Shown here: positions 31,945 through 46,000 of the stretch, piece by piece
Position numbering within the stretch: position 1 is the first letter of the stretch
Layout: each line of letters starts with the position of its first letter
Origin: Escherichia coli
GTDB taxonomy: Bacteria; Pseudomonadota; Gammaproteobacteria; Enterobacterales; Enterobacteriaceae
Assembly (NCBI RefSeq): GCF_011045215.1
Contig: NZ_CP049201.1
Length of the DNA: 64,000 nucleotides
Direction: 5' to 3' (one strand)
Notes under the pieces: generated by a model
Told to the model about the DNA's origin: nothing
What the model saw: only the letters and a program-made list of their open reading frames with translations
Database searches by the model: none
Position numbers and translations under genes: made by a program

Positions 31945-31968
31945 AACCCGGTTTCGACCGGGTTTCTC
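31945..31968 (+). terminator. Rho-independent terminator after uxaB
   Basis: Stem AACCCGGT/ACCGGGTT with a TTCG loop, followed by a T-rich tract. Confidence 0.5.
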
Positions 31969-32133
31969 ATTTCACTATATTAGTTACAACATCCTATATG
32001 CCTTTATCATTAACAGGTGCCACATGCAGCACCTGTTAATGTTGTAAGCTTGCAGGTAATTTGTAAATCGTGTCTTGAGAATGTGATCGTAATCACGTTT
32101 AATAGGGCAACTTTTCCACGCCTGAAGATAACC

Positions 32134-33048
32134 ATGATCGTTCGCCCACAACAACACTGGCTGCGCCGTATTTTTGTCTGGCACGGCTCAGTATTATCCA
32201 AGATATCCTCGCGCTTACTACTCAATTTTCTCTTTTCTATCGCTGTTATTTTCATGCTGCCCTGGTACACGCATTTGGGCATCAAATTCACCCTCGCACC
32301 GTTCAGCATTCTCGGTGTCGCCATCGCCATTTTTCTTGGTTTTCGTAATAATGCCGGTTACGCCCGTTACGTTGAAGCGCGAAAACTTTGGGGGCAGTTG
32401 ATGATTGCCTCGCGGTCGTTACTGCGCGAAGTAAAAACGACATTGCCGGATTCGGCAAGTGTAAGGGAGTTTGCCCGGCTGCAAATCGCCTTCGCCCACT
32501 GTTTACGCATGACATTACGCAAACAGCCACAGGCGGAAGTGCTGGCTCATTATCTCAAGACTGAAGATCTTCAGCGTGTACTGGCTTCGAACTCTCCAGC
32601 TAACCGTATCTTGTTAATAATGGGAGAATGGTTGGCGGTTCAGCGCCGCAATGGACAGCTTTCAGATATCCTGTTTATTAGCCTCAACGATCGGCTTAAC
32701 GATATTTCAGCGGTTCTGGCAGGCTGCGAGCGCATTGCCTACACGCCAATTCCCTTTGCCTACACCCTGATTTTGCATCGTACCGTTTATCTGTTTTGTA
32801 TCATGCTGCCGTTCGCGCTGGTCGTGGACCTGCATTACATGACGCCTTTTATTTCTGTGCTGATTTCCTACACTTTTATTTCGCTGGATTGTCTGGCGGA
32901 AGAACTGGAAGATCCGTTCGGTATTGAAAACAATGATTTACCACTGGATGCCATCTGCAACGCTATTGAAATTGACCTGTTACAGATGAACGATGAAGCC
33001 GAAATTCCAGCAAAAATTCTTCCCGATCGTCATTACCAGCTGACGTGA
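32134..33048 (+). CDS. yneE: Bestrophin-family putative anion channel YneE
   Basis: Start at MIVRPQQHWLRRIF (304 aa); the ORF-track start at 32017 is an upstream in-frame extension. Confidence 0.8.
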   Translation: MIVRPQQHWLRRIFVWHGSVLSKISSRLLLNFLFSIAVIFMLPWYTHLGIKFTLAPFSILGVAIAIFLGFRNNAGYARYVEARKLWGQLMIASRSLLREVKTTLPDSASVREFARLQIAFAHCLRMTLRKQPQAEVLAHYLKTEDLQRVLASNSPANRILLIMGEWLAVQRRNGQLSDILFISLNDRLNDISAVLAGCERIAYTPIPFAYTLILHRTVYLFCIMLPFALVVDLHYMTPFISVLISYTFISLDCLAEELEDPFGIENNDLPLDAICNAIEIDLLQMNDEAEIPAKILPDRHYQLT

Positions 33049-33051
33049 TAA

Positions 33052-33810
33052 TTACTCCGTACGGCGGGCAACAATAAACAGACGCGGAAATGCCAGCAGT
33101 ATCTGTCCGTTCTCTTGCAGTGGATACTGCTCTTCCAACATCTGATGGTAACGCGTAAGAAAATGCTGCTGTTCGCTCTCGGTCAGATCTTGTAACCACG
33201 GACGTAATCCAGTGGCGGTCACCCAATCGACAATCGCCTGGTGCGACGGCATCTGGTGATAGTAAGTGGTTCGCCAGATATCGACCTTACATCCGGCTTC
33301 GCTCAAAATATCGTAGTAAGCATGAACGCCTGCCAGCGGCTCACGCCCGCGATCCGGGTAGTTTTGTTCCCAGGCAACTTCGCGCATGAGCACATGGGTC
33401 GGCTCCAGCCAGTTATCTGGCATCTGTACTGCCAGCACGCCCTGCGGATTAAGTAACGAAACCAGATGAGGAAACAATTCGTAGTGGTCGGGCAGCCATT
33501 GCAGTGAGGCATTAGCAAAAATCAGATCGAGTGTCTGTTCCGGTTGCCAGTTGCGGATGTCTGCTTCCACAAACTGGCAGTCCGGCAAAGCACTGCGTGC
33601 TTCGGCAACCATCGCCGGAGATGAGTCGATGCCCGTTATCCTGGCAGCAGGCCAACGTTGTTGTAGAAGGGCGGTGCTGTTACCTGGGCCACAGCCAAGA
33701 TCGGCAACATATTCGACATTCTCCAGCGGCACTCTGGCAAGCAGCTCCACCGCCGGACGCGATCGTTCAGCGGAAAAGTGCAGATATAAAGAGGGGTTCC
33801 AGTCAGACAT
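33052..33810 (-). CDS. tam: Trans-aconitate 2-methyltransferase Tam
   Basis: 252 aa; SAM-dependent methyltransferase motif (DLGCGPGN). Confidence 0.85.
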   Translation of the reverse strand: MSDWNPSLYLHFSAERSRPAVELLARVPLENVEYVADLGCGPGNSTALLQQRWPAARITGIDSSPAMVAEARSALPDCQFVEADIRNWQPEQTLDLIFANASLQWLPDHYELFPHLVSLLNPQGVLAVQMPDNWLEPTHVLMREVAWEQNYPDRGREPLAGVHAYYDILSEAGCKVDIWRTTYYHQMPSHQAIVDWVTATGLRPWLQDLTESEQQHFLTRYHQMLEEQYPLQENGQILLAFPRLFIVARRTE

Positions 33811-33866
33811 TTTTTTACTCCCGTCAGCGCGTTACCCCAATTGTAGATAAAATTGATAAATTCGCC

Positions 33867-34157
33867 TTACGGCATCAACCCATTGAACAGACGTTTTTTA
33901 CGCGGCCCGGTCATTAAAGATTCCAGTTTCGCGACACAGGTTTTGTAGTGGGGCGTGGTTTTATGGAACGCCACTGCGTCTTCATCTTTATAGGCTTCGT
34001 AGATATAAAAGCGCGAATTCACTTCCGGGTCCTGTAAGACATCGAAGCGCAAATTGCCTTCTTCCTGTACAGAGCCCAGGTGGTTCTGGCGAAAAACTTC
34101 GATAAACTCGTCAACCTTGTCTTCATGAACGTTAATTTCAACCAGTGTGACGTGCAT
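33867..34157 (-). CDS. lsrG: (4S)-4-hydroxy-5-phosphonooxypentane-2,3-dione isomerase LsrG
   Basis: 96 aa; antibiotic-biosynthesis-monooxygenase-like fold; last gene of the lsr operon. Confidence 0.85.
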   Translation of the reverse strand: MHVTLVEINVHEDKVDEFIEVFRQNHLGSVQEEGNLRFDVLQDPEVNSRFYIYEAYKDEDAVAFHKTTPHYKTCVAKLESLMTGPRKKRLFNGLMP

Positions 34158-34180
34158 AATTCTTCTCCTTAAATCCGCAG

Positions 34181-35056
34181 TTACTGTTTTTCACTCAGAT
34201 AGAGTTCATATGCCCGATCAGCCGTTTCGTTATGGTGTACCACCGCCTGTACGGCTTTCATCATCGCCACCGGATGGTCAGACTGGAAAATATTACGCCC
34301 CATATCCACACCAGAAGCGCCCTGATCGATAGCCTGCCAGCACATTTCCAGCGCCTCGCGCTCCGGTAATTTTTTACCGCCAGCAATAACAATGGGTACC
34401 GGACATCCGGCAACAATCCGTTCAAAACCTTTTTCGACATAATAGGTTTTGATAATTTGCGCCCCCATTTCAGCGGCGATTCGAGTCGCGAGCGAGAAAT
34501 AACGCTGATCGCGCACCATGTCTTTGCCCACGCCAGTCACGGCCATGGTCGGCATTCCCACTTTCATTCCGGCATCGACCAGCTGAATAATATTTTTGAT
34601 CGACTGATGTTCATATTCGCTGCCGATATAAACCTGCGCCGCCACCGCACAACTGTTCAGGCGCACGGCGTCATCCATCGATAACGCCACGGCTTCATTG
34701 CTTAATTCCGCCAGGATAGAGTTCGCACCTGACGCCCGCAGTACCACCGGCTTATTGGTCGCCGGGGGAACTACGCTGCGCAAAATGCCGCGCGTACACA
34801 TTAATACATCGGCATGTTCAAACAGCGGGGCGATATTTATATCAATGCGTTCAAGTCCGGTAGTCGGTCCCTGAAAATAACCATGGTCAAAAGCCAGCAT
34901 CACGGTTTTACCCGTTTTCGGATTAAATATCCGCGATAAGCGTGACTGCATTCCCCAATCCAGCGCACCGCAACCTTTCAGGGTAAAAGGGATATTTTTT
35001 TGCGGTTGATCGGTACGAAAATCTTTACCATCTTTAATATCGTCTAAATCTGCCAT
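34181..35056 (-). CDS. lsrF: 3-hydroxy-5-phosphonooxypentane-2,4-dione thiolase LsrF
   Basis: 291 aa; class I aldolase-like. Confidence 0.85.
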   Translation of the reverse strand: MADLDDIKDGKDFRTDQPQKNIPFTLKGCGALDWGMQSRLSRIFNPKTGKTVMLAFDHGYFQGPTTGLERIDINIAPLFEHADVLMCTRGILRSVVPPATNKPVVLRASGANSILAELSNEAVALSMDDAVRLNSCAVAAQVYIGSEYEHQSIKNIIQLVDAGMKVGMPTMAVTGVGKDMVRDQRYFSLATRIAAEMGAQIIKTYYVEKGFERIVAGCPVPIVIAGGKKLPEREALEMCWQAIDQGASGVDMGRNIFQSDHPVAMMKAVQAVVHHNETADRAYELYLSEKQ

Positions 35057-35082
35057 AACTTACTCCGGTTAAGTAATGCACA

Positions 35083-36105
35083 TCAGAAATCGTATTTGCC
35101 GATATTCTCTTTGTTGAATATCACGCGCTCCGGTAACAGTACGATGCCATTACCATCCGCTTCGTAGTCATAGCCCTGAACGCTGTTTGGCGAGACTTCC
35201 ACCTGACCTACGCCCTGGATATCCAGCTTGTCGCCCGTTTTCATTGATCCTTTTTTCAATAATGCATCCGCGACATACACTGAAATTTTGCCTTGCTGAA
35301 CCACATCCCACAGGCCAAATTCTTTCACCGTGCCGCGTTCCACATATGGACGCATCACGTTTGGCGTACTGAATCCGACAATCGCAACTTTGTCATTTTT
35401 CAGGTTTTCTGCGGCTTGTGCGGCAGCGGGCAGGGCGTTGGCATCGGGGGCGATAATGGCGTCGAGATCGCTATACGCTTTTAATATTCCTTCTGCGGTT
35501 TGTAATGATTTAGTGGCATCGTTATAGCCAAACTGCGTAGTGACAATTTCCCAGCCAGGATGCTCTTTGGCGATTTTCGCTTTCGCTTCTTTCACCCACT
35601 GGTTTTGGTCCGTAACGGTGGGGCTTGAGTAGAAAAACGCGACTTTGGCTTTGTCTTTATTCACCTGACGCGCCGCCATATCCACCAACATACCTCCCAA
35701 CTGGGCGGGCGTTCCCTGATTAATGTAGTAAGAGCGGCACTCCGGTTTAGTATCAGAGTCCCAGGTCAGCACTCTCACACCACGTTGCATGGCGCGTTTC
35801 AGTGCCGGACACAAGCCATCAGGCGAAACCGCAGAAACGATAATGGCGTTATAACCCTGATTGACGAAGTTATTAATCAACTGTACCTGACCAGAAACAC
35901 TGGGTTCTGTCGGCCCGTCGTAGGTCACATCAACGCCCAGCTCTTTACCCGCTTGTTGTGCGCCGTTGCCACCGCTGGTAAAAAATCCCACGCCAACCAG
36001 TTTGGGAATAAATGCAATACGCTCTGCGGCCTGCACATTCATAGAGATTGCGGCAATGCCAAGAGCGCTAAGTAAGGCGATTTTCTTAAAGCGATGAAGT
36101 GTCAT
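35083..36105 (-). CDS. lsrB: Autoinducer-2 periplasmic binding protein LsrB
   Basis: 340 aa with a signal peptide; periplasmic sugar-binding fold. Confidence 0.85.
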   Translation of the reverse strand: MTLHRFKKIALLSALGIAAISMNVQAAERIAFIPKLVGVGFFTSGGNGAQQAGKELGVDVTYDGPTEPSVSGQVQLINNFVNQGYNAIIVSAVSPDGLCPALKRAMQRGVRVLTWDSDTKPECRSYYINQGTPAQLGGMLVDMAARQVNKDKAKVAFFYSSPTVTDQNQWVKEAKAKIAKEHPGWEIVTTQFGYNDATKSLQTAEGILKAYSDLDAIIAPDANALPAAAQAAENLKNDKVAIVGFSTPNVMRPYVERGTVKEFGLWDVVQQGKISVYVADALLKKGSMKTGDKLDIQGVGQVEVSPNSVQGYDYEADGNGIVLLPERVIFNKENIGKYDF

Positions 36106-36116
36106 GAAGATATCCT

Positions 36117-37109
36117 TTATGGCAATGGGTTATTGGCCCGACGCGCCAGCCACTCTTTAATTTGCTGGCGATGCAGGCTAACGGAACGACCTACGACAAC
36201 GACGATAAGTAGCGCACCGGAAAGGGCGCTGGACACCTGATTTGGCACTCCTGCCATTTGCAAACCTTGTTGCAAATATCCCACTAATAAAACCGCAATG
36301 GCGGTGCCGATAATGGAACCGGAACCACCATAAATATTGGCCCCGCCAAGCACCACGGCGGTGATGGCGGGCATCAGAAACGACGCACCGAGATCGGAAC
36401 GTGCTGAACCAAAATACGATACCAGCAGCACAGCGGCGACCGCAGACGCCAGCCCCGTCATGGCATAGAGCGCACATAAGGTGCGGTTAACTGGAATCGC
36501 GCTATAAAGCGCCACGCGCGGGCTTTGCCCAATGAAAAACACATTACGTCCGGCATGGGTTTTATGCAGCCAGAGCCAGAAAACGAGGAGACATATCAGG
36601 AAGATAATCAGCGGAACGGGGAGTCCCAGCACATCCAGGTTAGCGAAATCTGTAAACGCCATCGGGAATCCACCAATACCTTCGTACCCCGTCGCTCCGG
36701 CCATCCCGGAAAGCAGCAGAGCGCTTCCAGCAAACAGATACAGCGTGCCAAGCGTAATCACCAGCGGGTTAACTTTGGTATAGATAATTAATCCGGCGTT
36801 GATCAGCCCGCACAATGCGCCGAGCAGTAAGGTCAGGAGAATCGCCAGCGGCATCGGCACACCACTTTGAAACAGTACGCCCAATGCAATGGCGCAGAGG
36901 CCGATGGTCGAACCAAACGAAATATCTATCCCGCCACTGACAATCACCATCGTCAGCGGTAGGGCGACAATGCCAATGCAGATAAAGTCACTGGTGCTGA
37001 ACAGCAACATATTGAGATCTAACATCCGCGGGTTAATTGCACCAAATGCGACAATCTCAATAACGAGCAGTGCGGCAAGAGCCAGTTCCCAACCGTAGCG
37101 AATACGCAT
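36117..37109 (-). CDS. lsrD: Autoinducer-2 ABC transporter permease LsrD
   Basis: 330-aa polytopic permease. Confidence 0.85.
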   Translation of the reverse strand: MRIRYGWELALAALLVIEIVAFGAINPRMLDLNMLLFSTSDFICIGIVALPLTMVIVSGGIDISFGSTIGLCAIALGVLFQSGVPMPLAILLTLLLGALCGLINAGLIIYTKVNPLVITLGTLYLFAGSALLLSGMAGATGYEGIGGFPMAFTDFANLDVLGLPVPLIIFLICLLVFWLWLHKTHAGRNVFFIGQSPRVALYSAIPVNRTLCALYAMTGLASAVAAVLLVSYFGSARSDLGASFLMPAITAVVLGGANIYGGSGSIIGTAIAVLLVGYLQQGLQMAGVPNQVSSALSGALLIVVVVGRSVSLHRQQIKEWLARRANNPLP

Positions 37110-38137
37110 TATGCGGCCTCCCGTTTTTTACCTGACGAAGCAGTTTTAACGGATGGCGGTGGCGTCATAAAGCGGGCATATTTTTGCCGCCGCAGATTAC
37201 GTTCCAGCGCACAACGCAGGCGTCCATCAAACACCAGCACCGCCAGCAGAACCAGACCCGCGATAAAATCATTCCACCATGCCGGAATGCGCAACAGCAC
37301 CAGTACGCTATCGATCTGCGTCAGGAACCATGCGCCGAGTACCGCACCGATGATCGCACCGGAACCGCCGAGCAAACTAATACCGCCCAGCACGCAGGCT
37401 GCAATTGCTTTCATTTCCAGCCCGGTACCGGTCTGGTTGGGGATAAAACCAATCTGCGAAGCAAACACAATTCCCGCCAGTGCCGCCATGCAGCCGTTCA
37501 ACGAAAATGCCACAATGCGAATGGCTTCCGTACGAACGCCCAGTTGACGAGCGCCCTGTAAATTATCGCCCGTGGCATAAAAACTGCGTCCAAACGCTGT
37601 CTTCGCCAGCAGCCAGGCCATAAATGCCACCAGAATTATCGTTAACCAACCAATTGCTGAAACGCCAAGCAGCAGCGGTGCGGAGAGCTGTTTCAGTTCG
37701 GCGGGTAACCCCTCAATCCATTTACCGCCAGTCCACAGCAACATGATGCCTCTGTACAACCCTAACGTGCCAAGGGTGGCAACAATGGCAGGGATCTTTA
37801 GCCACGCGACCAGGACACCGTTGAAAAATCCCGCGAGCAAACCAAGCAGTAAAGTCGCGACACAGGCAACAGGTAGTGAATACCCCGCGTTCAGTAACAT
37901 CCCCAACAGCACCGCGCACATTCCGGTAATCGAACCCACTGAAACATCAATATTGCGCGTAAGCATTACCAGCGTCGCGCCCATTGCCAGCAGGATCAGG
38001 ATTTGCGCGCTGCTATAAACCATGGTCAGCGTTTGCACACTTAAATACTGGCGGTCGAGAAAACCGGGTAATACAAACAGCAGCACCACCGCCAGCAGTG
38101 CCGTGATTTCACGGTTGTTCTGAATAAACTTCAGCAT
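37109..38137 (-). CDS. lsrC: Autoinducer-2 ABC transporter permease LsrC
   Basis: 342-aa polytopic permease; start overlaps the lsrA stop. Confidence 0.85.
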   Translation of the reverse strand: MLKFIQNNREITALLAVVLLFVLPGFLDRQYLSVQTLTMVYSSAQILILLAMGATLVMLTRNIDVSVGSITGMCAVLLGMLLNAGYSLPVACVATLLLGLLAGFFNGVLVAWLKIPAIVATLGTLGLYRGIMLLWTGGKWIEGLPAELKQLSAPLLLGVSAIGWLTIILVAFMAWLLAKTAFGRSFYATGDNLQGARQLGVRTEAIRIVAFSLNGCMAALAGIVFASQIGFIPNQTGTGLEMKAIAACVLGGISLLGGSGAIIGAVLGAWFLTQIDSVLVLLRIPAWWNDFIAGLVLLAVLVFDGRLRCALERNLRRQKYARFMTPPPSVKTASSGKKREAA

Positions 38138-39666
38138 GACGCCTCCTGACGCTGACTATCGCCGAAGGCAACGCGCATAATAGTCTCGACATTAATATCG
38201 CGCCCGGTCAGTGCAGAGTGGGTAATTTCGCCCTGATGCATCACATACACACGATCTGCCATCAGTTCGATCTCTTCCAGATCAGAGGAGATAAGCAGCA
38301 CTGCCACATTCTGTGCGGCGATGCTGCGCAACAGCTGGTAGATATCATTACGGGCCGAGACATCCACGCCGCGCGTCGGCTCATCGACAATCAATGCTTG
38401 CGGCGAAGCTTCCAGGCATTTGGCAATGAGGATTTTTTGCTGGTTGCCACCGGATAATGTCCGTGCAGCTTGTTCCGGTTGGTTAAATTTAATATTCAGC
38501 GCCCGACGATAACGTTCCAGGGTGGCATTATCTTTCGCGGTTTTCGCCCAGAATCCACGAAGGTTATGAGTAAGGGCGCAGACGTTCCAGGCCAGCGAAG
38601 CATCGAGATTCAGTCCGGATGACTGGCGATCTTCCGGCAGATAAACCAGACCGCGCAGTAAACGTTCTCCAGTGGAGAATCTATTGATCTCTTTACCATT
38701 CAGCATAATGCGTCCGCCACGCAAAGTACGCAGACCATAGAGCGTCTCGGCCAGTTCTGTGCGTCCGGCTCCCACCAGCCCAGCCAGGCCCAGAATTTCT
38801 CCGGCATTGAGCGTCAGGCTGACATTCCTGAAACCTTCGCCGGTCAGATTTTCCAGTGTCAGCACCGGCGTTCCGGCGGCATGTTGTGGGCGGTTACCAG
38901 GTAACTCCAGCCATAATTTTTGGCTGGCAGAGAGCGATTTTTCCCGTACCACTGGCGTGATGGCCTGAATAATGTCGTCGGTAGACAGTTCGCTGGTTTT
39001 GCCGCTTAAGGCGATGGTTCCGTCGCGCATCACGCTAATTCGATCGGCAATCTGGCGAATTTCCGGCAGCTTATGCGAGATAAAAACAATACCCACGCCA
39101 GTAGCAAGCAGCTCTTGCAAGCGAGTAAACAAGCGTTCGGTTTCCGCAGGGGTAAGCGAGGCGGTAGGTTCATCGAGGATCAGAATCCGCGAGTCGCGCA
39201 TCAGCCCGCGGAGGATTTCCACCATTTGGCGATCGGCGATATCCAGCGATCCTGCCAGACTATGCAGATCAAACTGGCAGCCCAGCGCCGCCAGCAAGTT
39301 CTTCATTTTCTGCATGGAGAGCTGTTTTTTTGCCAGCCCAAACAGGATGTTTTCTTTTATCGACAGGCTTGGGAAAAGCAGCGGTTCCTGGGGAACGAGA
39401 TAAATACCCAGCTGATGAGCATGAACTGGCGTTAATCTGGCGTAGTTGTTGCCCCCAATCTCCAGCGTACCGCTATCAGCAGGGGTAATACCGGCAATAA
39501 TCTTCATTAACGTCGATTTACCGGCACCATTGCCGCCGAGCAGGGCGTGGACCTCCCCCTGATGCAACGTAAAATCGATGCCTTTCAGGACATTGACCCC
39601 AGAATACTGTTTATAAACCGAGCGGGCGCAAAGTAGCGGTAACGCGCGGGTATCACTCGTTTGCAT
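38131..39666 (-). CDS. lsrA: Autoinducer-2 ABC transporter ATP-binding protein LsrA
   Basis: 511 aa with tandem ABC domains (two Walker A motifs, GGNGAGKST and GLVGAGRT). Confidence 0.85.
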   Translation of the reverse strand: MQTSDTRALPLLCARSVYKQYSGVNVLKGIDFTLHQGEVHALLGGNGAGKSTLMKIIAGITPADSGTLEIGGNNYARLTPVHAHQLGIYLVPQEPLLFPSLSIKENILFGLAKKQLSMQKMKNLLAALGCQFDLHSLAGSLDIADRQMVEILRGLMRDSRILILDEPTASLTPAETERLFTRLQELLATGVGIVFISHKLPEIRQIADRISVMRDGTIALSGKTSELSTDDIIQAITPVVREKSLSASQKLWLELPGNRPQHAAGTPVLTLENLTGEGFRNVSLTLNAGEILGLAGLVGAGRTELAETLYGLRTLRGGRIMLNGKEINRFSTGERLLRGLVYLPEDRQSSGLNLDASLAWNVCALTHNLRGFWAKTAKDNATLERYRRALNIKFNQPEQAARTLSGGNQQKILIAKCLEASPQALIVDEPTRGVDVSARNDIYQLLRSIAAQNVAVLLISSDLEEIELMADRVYVMHQGEITHSALTGRDINVETIMRVAFGDSQRQEASC

Positions 39667-39914
39667 ATTTCCCCCGTTCAGTTTTGCAGGTGAGTTTTGA
39701 ACAAATGTATTTCTGCTTTTAATTTGTTCATAACCTTAGGTGGACATTGCACATATTTCCGACGAATAGATCACAATTTATGCTATTTTGATTTTCACGG
39801 TTGCGTTTGTTCATACTCGTAGAGTCAAACTGTGGTTGCCATCACAGATATAAATGCGCAAGAACTGAACAATTGCATTAAAGATTTAAATATGTTCAAA
39901 GTGAAGAATGAATT
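39667..39914. promoter_or_regulatory. lsr divergent regulatory region (lsrACDBFG versus lsrRK)
   Basis: Intergenic region between divergent lsrA and lsrR. Known to carry LsrR operators and a CRP site; individual sites were not mapped. Confidence 0.6.
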
Positions 39915-40868
39915 ATGACAATCAACGATTCGGTAATTTCAGAACAGGGAATGTGTGAAGAAGAACAGGTCGCGCGGATCGCGTGGTTTTACTACCACGA
40001 CGGGCTGACCCAGAGTGAGATCAGCGATCGTCTCGGCCTGACCCGTTTGAAAGTGTCGCGATTACTGGAGAAAGGGCATCAGTCCGGCATCATTCGCGTG
40101 CAGATTAATTCTCGCTTTGAAGGCTGTCTGGAATATGAAACACAATTACGTCGTCAGTTTTCGCTGCAACATGTCCGGGTGATCCCTGGGCTTGCGGATG
40201 CTGATGTCGGCGGGCGACTGGGGATAGGCGCGGCGCATATGTTGATGAGTTTACTTCAACCACAACAGATGCTGGCGATTGGTTTTGGCGAGGCAACCAT
40301 GAATACGCTGCAACGCTTAAGTGGTTTTATTTCGTCACAGCAAATTCGCCTGGTCACGCTCTCCGGTGGCGTCGGTTCTTATATGACGGGTATCGGACAG
40401 CTTAACGCGGCGTGCAGTGTGAATATTATTCCGGCTCCGTTGCGGGCATCCTCCGCTGACATTGCGCGTACGCTAAAAAATGAAAATTGCGTCAAAGATG
40501 TTCTGCTAGCCGCGCAAGCAGCGGATGTGGCGATTGTCGGCATTGGTGCTGTGAGTCAACAGGACGATGCGACAATCATTCGCTCCGGTTATATCAGCCA
40601 GGGCGAACAGTTAATGATTGGCCGAAAAGGGGCGGTTGGCGACATTTTAGGCTACTTTTTTGATGCAAAAGGTGACGTTGTCACGGATATCAAAATACAT
40701 AACGAACTGATTGGCTTACCTTTAAGCGCGCTGAAGACCATACCCGTCCGGGTTGGCGTGGCAGGGGGAGAAAATAAAGCCGAAGCAATTGCCGCTGCAA
40801 TGAAAGGTGGTTATATCAACGCACTGGTTACCGATCAGGACACAGCAGCGGCGATTTTACGTAGTTAA
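39915..40868 (+). CDS. lsrR: Transcriptional repressor LsrR (SorC family)
   Basis: 317 aa; N-terminal helix-turn-helix and SorC-type sugar-phosphate binding domain. Confidence 0.85.
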   Translation: MTINDSVISEQGMCEEEQVARIAWFYYHDGLTQSEISDRLGLTRLKVSRLLEKGHQSGIIRVQINSRFEGCLEYETQLRRQFSLQHVRVIPGLADADVGGRLGIGAAHMLMSLLQPQQMLAIGFGEATMNTLQRLSGFISSQQIRLVTLSGGVGSYMTGIGQLNAACSVNIIPAPLRASSADIARTLKNENCVKDVLLAAQAADVAIVGIGAVSQQDDATIIRSGYISQGEQLMIGRKGAVGDILGYFFDAKGDVVTDIKIHNELIGLPLSALKTIPVRVGVAGGENKAEAIAAAMKGGYINALVTDQDTAAAILRS

Positions 40869-40946
40869 ATTTGCATGACCTTATTACCGGGAATGATGGA
40901 GAACGTATAGAGGAACAGACAGAACGCATAAGCCGAGGATAATCTA

Positions 40947-42539
40947 ATGGCTCGACTCTTTACCCCTTCAGAATCAAAGTACTACCTGATGGCGCTGGAT
41001 GCAGGCACCGGAAGTATTCGGGCTGTAATATTCGACCTGGAAGGCAATCAAATAGCAGTGGGACAGGCGGAGTGGCGGCATCTGGCAGTACCGGACGTTC
41101 CTGGTTCTATGGAATTTGATCTCAACAAAAACTGGCAACTGGCGTGTGAGTGTATGCGCCAGGCGTTGCACAACGCCGGCATAGCCCCGGAGTATATCGC
41201 TGCCGTTTCGGCATGTTCGATGCGTGAAGGCATTGTTTTATATAACAATGAAGGAACACCGATCTGGGCCTGCGCCAATGTGGATGCCAGAGCGGCGCGC
41301 GAAGTTAGCGAACTTAAAGAATTGCACAACAATACCTTTGAAAACGAAGTTTATCGCGCGACCGGACAAACACTGGCTTTAAGTGCCATCCCCAGATTAC
41401 TTTGGCTGGCGCACCATCGTTCCGATATTTACCGTCAGGCATCAACCATCACCATGATCAGCGACTGGCTGGCCTATATGCTCAGCGGCGAACTTGCGGT
41501 GGATCCCTCTAACGCTGGCACCACGGGACTTCTTGATCTAACCATCCGTGACTGGAAACCTGCATTGCTGGATATGGCTGGCCTGCGTGCCGATATTCTT
41601 TCTCCTGTCAAAGAAACCGGCACATTGCTGGGCGTGGTAAGTTCACAAGCGGCGGAACTCTGCGGTCTGAAGGTGGGCACTCCGGTGGTCGTTGGAGGAG
41701 GCGACGTGCAGCTTGGTTGCCTGGGGTTAGGCGTTGTGCGTCCGGCACAAACCGCGGTTCTTGGCGGCACATTCTGGCAGCAAGTTGTAAATTTAGCCGC
41801 GCCGGTGACAGACCCAGAAATGAACGTGCGCGTTAATCCCCATGTTATTCCTGGCATGGTACAAGCTGAATCTATAAGCTTTTTTACCGGACTCACCATG
41901 CGCTGGTTCCGCGATGCTTTCTGTGCCGAAGAAAAACTGATTGCCGAACGTTTAGGCATCGACACCTATACGCTGCTGGAAGAGATGGCCAGTCGGGTGC
42001 CGCCTGGGTCGTGGGGCGTAATGCCGATCTTCTCCGACAGAATGCGCTTTAAAACCTGGTATCACGCTGCGCCTTCCTTTATTAACTTGTCCATTGACCC
42101 GGATAAATGTAACAAAGCGACATTGTTCCGTGCGCTGGAAGAAAATGCGGCGATTGTATCAGCGTGTAACTTGCAGCAAATTGCTGATTTTTCGAATATT
42201 CATCCTTCATTGTTAGTCTTTGCAGGCGGAGGTTCAAAAGGGAAATTATGGAGTCAAATTCTCGCTGATGTCTCGGGATTACCCGTCAATATTCCGGTGG
42301 TCAAAGAAGCCACTGCATTAGGATGTGCCATTGCAGCTGGCGTCGGTGCCGGAATTTTTTCATCAATGGCAGAAACCGGAGAACGCCTGGTTCGCTGGGA
42401 ACGGACGCACACACCAGACCCGGAAAAGCATGAACTTTATCAGGATTCACGCGATAAGTGGCAGGCAGTTTATCAGGATCAGCTGGGGCTGGTTGATCAT
42501 GGACTGACGACGTCGTTATGGAAAGCGCCTGGGTTATAG
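40947..42539 (+). CDS. lsrK: Autoinducer-2 kinase LsrK (FGGY carbohydrate kinase family)
   Basis: 530 aa; FGGY-family kinase. Confidence 0.85.
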   Translation: MARLFTPSESKYYLMALDAGTGSIRAVIFDLEGNQIAVGQAEWRHLAVPDVPGSMEFDLNKNWQLACECMRQALHNAGIAPEYIAAVSACSMREGIVLYNNEGTPIWACANVDARAAREVSELKELHNNTFENEVYRATGQTLALSAIPRLLWLAHHRSDIYRQASTITMISDWLAYMLSGELAVDPSNAGTTGLLDLTIRDWKPALLDMAGLRADILSPVKETGTLLGVVSSQAAELCGLKVGTPVVVGGGDVQLGCLGLGVVRPAQTAVLGGTFWQQVVNLAAPVTDPEMNVRVNPHVIPGMVQAESISFFTGLTMRWFRDAFCAEEKLIAERLGIDTYTLLEEMASRVPPGSWGVMPIFSDRMRFKTWYHAAPSFINLSIDPDKCNKATLFRALEENAAIVSACNLQQIADFSNIHPSLLVFAGGGSKGKLWSQILADVSGLPVNIPVVKEATALGCAIAAGVGAGIFSSMAETGERLVRWERTHTPDPEKHELYQDSRDKWQAVYQDQLGLVDHGLTTSLWKAPGL

Positions 42540-42548
42540 TTTCATTGA

Positions 42549-42574
42549 CAGCCACATCATGATGACCGTGGCTG
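42549..42574 (+). terminator. Putative terminator hairpin after lsrK
   Basis: Stem CAGCCAC/GTGGCTG enclosing the palindrome ATCATGAT, followed by TTAGTTTT. Confidence 0.4.
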
Positions 42575-43068
42575 TTAGTTTTGAGTATAGTTATTCTTAA
42601 TTCCCTTCTTTTAGAACTGGCTTGTTAAATGCCAGCTTGCAGATTCATCCTTCCATCACCAGTAATATATTCAAGGGGAAATTGCTATTTTTCTTAAAGC
42701 ATTAAGCATAACCCTTATTTTATAGCGAATATTCCTAAAGACACTAATGGATGCAAAAGGGGTTTAATAAACCTCGTTTTTTAGCAATTAGTGCTATTCT
42801 TTGTTAAATATGATGATGATAATTTTCTTATTGAAAGAAACAGTTTTCTTATTAAGCAGCAATAACTCATGATTCATTTTTAAATAAAATAAGAACTATG
42901 CAATTTTTAATCTATCAATTCGAAAGCATTAGCAAATTAGCCAAATTGACACCTTCCCACCTCCAACTAACACTCAATACAGACCTCTGACAATTTAATA
43001 AGTTTCATTTTTAATGTCTGGCGACTCATCTCTTTCGTGGCTGTATTGTTTGTATATGGAGCGTTTAT

Positions 43069-46000
43069 ATGAATAGAATCTATCGCGTGATATGGAATTG
43101 CACTCTACAGGTATTTCAGGCCTGCTCTGAATTAACTCGCAGGGTAGGTAAAACATCAACGGTTAATTTGCGTAAATCCTCTGGACTGACAACGAAATTC
43201 AGTAGATTGACGCTGGGTGTTTTGCTGGCACTAAGCGGTTCAGTGTCTGGTGCGAGTCTGGAAGTTGATAATGGTCAGATTACCAATATTGATACTGATG
43301 TTGCTTATGATGCCTACCTGGTTGGCTGGTATGGCACTGGAGTGCTTAATATTTTGGCTGGCGGTAATGCCGCCTTAACCACTATTACTACCAGCGTCAT
43401 TGGCGGTAATGAGGATTCGGAGGGTACCGTTAATGTTTTGGGTGGCACCTGGCGATTGTATGATAGCGGAAATAATGCAAGGCCTTTAAATGTGGGTCAA
43501 TCCGGAACGGGGACGCTGAATATTAAACAGAAGGGTCACGTCGATGGAGGCTATTTAAGATTAGGTACACAAGCTGCAGGCGTCGGGACGGTTAATGTTG
43601 AGGGAGAGGACTCGGTTTTGACGACCGAATTATTCGAAATAGGTAGCTATGGCACAGGTTCATTAAATATTACGGATAAGGGTTACGTCACGAGTTCAAT
43701 CGTCGCCATTTTAGGCTATCAGGCGGGCAGTAATGGCCAGGTTGTCGTTGAAAAGGGTGGCGAGTGGCTAATAAAAAATAATGATTCCTCAATTGAATTT
43801 CAAATTGGTAATCAAGGAACTGGGGAGGCGACTATTCGCGAGGGGGGGCTGGTTACGGCTGAAAATACGATTATCGGTGGCAATGCCACCGGTATCGGAA
43901 CCCTGAATGTGCAGGATCAAGACTCTGTCATCACGGTACGCAGACTCTATAATGGATATTTCGGTAATGGCACAGTCAATATTTTCAATAATGGACTGAT
44001 TAATAACAAAGAATATTCATTGGTGGGCGTTCAGGACGGTTCCCACGGTGTCGTCAACGTGACCGATAAAGGGCATTGGAATTTCCTCGGAACGGGCGAA
44101 GCTTTCCGCTATATCTATATCGGTGATGCTGGCGACGGTGAACTTAATGTCTCGAGTGAAGGCAAAGTAGATTCGGGAATTATCACTGCGGGGATGAAAG
44201 AAACAGGCACAGGCAACATTACTGTTAAGGATAAGAACTCCGTTATCACTAATCTCGGAACTAATCTTGGTTATGACGGCCACGGCGAAATGAATATCAG
44301 TAATCAGGGGCTTGTTGTCAGCAACGGAGGAAGTTCACTCGGTTATGGAGAAACCGGCGTCGGGAATGTCAGCATCACCACGGGGGGAATGTGGGAGGTC
44401 AATAAGAATGTCTATACCACCATTGGTGTTGCGGGCGTCGGAAACCTCAATATTAGCGATGGCGGTAAGTTCGTATCGCAAAATATTACTTTTTTGGGTG
44501 ATAAAGCAAGCGGTATCGGCACATTGAACCTGATGGATGCGACATCATCGTTCGATACTGTGGGTATCAATGTCGGTAATTTTGGTAGCGGCATCGTAAA
44601 TGTCAGTAATGGCGCCACCCTTAATTCAACGGGCTATGGATTTATCGGAGGAAATGCCTCCGGTAAGGGAATAGTTAATATTTCAACGGATAGTCTCTGG
44701 AATTTAAAGACGTCTTCTACTAACGCCCAATTGCTACAAGTCGGTGTATTAGGCACGGGTGAACTGAATATTACCACCGGAGGTATAGTTAAAGCGCGTG
44801 ATACACAGATAGCTCTCAATGACAAAAGTAAGGGCGACGTGAGGGTGGATGGGCAGAACTCTCTTCTTGAAACATTCAATATGTACGTAGGGACATCTGG
44901 TACGGGTACGTTAACCCTGACGAATAGCGGCACGCTGAATGTCGAAGGTGGAGAAGTTTACTTAGGTGTTTTTGAACCTGCTGTAGGAACGCTAAACATT
45001 GGTGCAGCTCACGGTGAGGCGGCGGCAGATGCCGGATTTATCACCAACGCGACGAAAGTAGAGTTTGGCTCTGGCGAAGGTGTTTTTGTCTTTAATCATA
45101 CCAATAACAGTGATGCCGGCTACCAGGTCGATATGCTGATTACAGGTGACGATAAAGACGGAAAAGTGATCCATGATGCAGGCCATACGGTGTTCAATGC
45201 AGGGAATACTTATAGCGGTAAAACGCTGGTCAATGACGGCCTCCTGACCATTGCGTCTCATACGGCAGATGGGGTAACGGGCATGGGGTCGAGTGAAGTA
45301 ACCATTGCAAACCCCGGTACGCTCGACATTCTCGCATCAACGAACAGTGCAGGAGATTACACGCTGACCAATGCGCTCAAAGGCGATGGCTTGATGCGAG
45401 TGCAGCTGTCATCCTCCGACAAGATGTTTGGCTTTACCCATGCAACAGGGACTGAATTCGCCGGTGTTGCCCAATTTAAAGACAGTACCTTCACTTTGGA
45501 ACGCGACAACACCGCAGCGCTTACTCACGCGATGTTGCAGTCTGACAGTGAAAATACCACATCGGTAAAAGTTGGAGAGCAATCCATTGGTGGACTGGCC
45601 ATGAATGGAGGTACCCTCATTTTCGATACGGATATTCCTGCTGCGACGCTCGCGGAGGGATATATCAGCGTCGATACGCTGGTTGTCGGCGCGGGTGACT
45701 ACACCTGGAAAGGCCGTAACTATCAGGTAAACGGGACGGGCGACGTGCTTATCGACGTGCCTAAACCGTGGAATGATCCCATGGCGAATAACCCTCTGAC
45801 GACGCTCAATTTGCTGGAACACGATGATAGCCATGTCGGCGTTCAACTGGTGAAGGCGCAAACGGTTATTGGGTCGGGTGGCTCATTAACGTTACGTGAT
45901 TTACAGGGCGACGAGGTGGAAGCGGACAAAACGTTACACATTGCGCAAAACGGAACGGTGGTCGCCGAGGGTGATTATGGATTCCGCCTCACGACCGCAC

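Noticed and set aside
32017-32133. Upstream in-frame extension of yneE (ORF-track start at 32017)
   Set aside because: It would overlap the uxaB terminator region; the internal ATG at 32134 gives the 304-aa bestrophin-family protein with a hydrophobic N-terminus.
38972-39435. Plus-strand ORFs of 143 and 120 aa inside lsrA
   Set aside because: They are antisense to the ABC ATPase gene, whose Walker motifs confirm the minus-strand frame.
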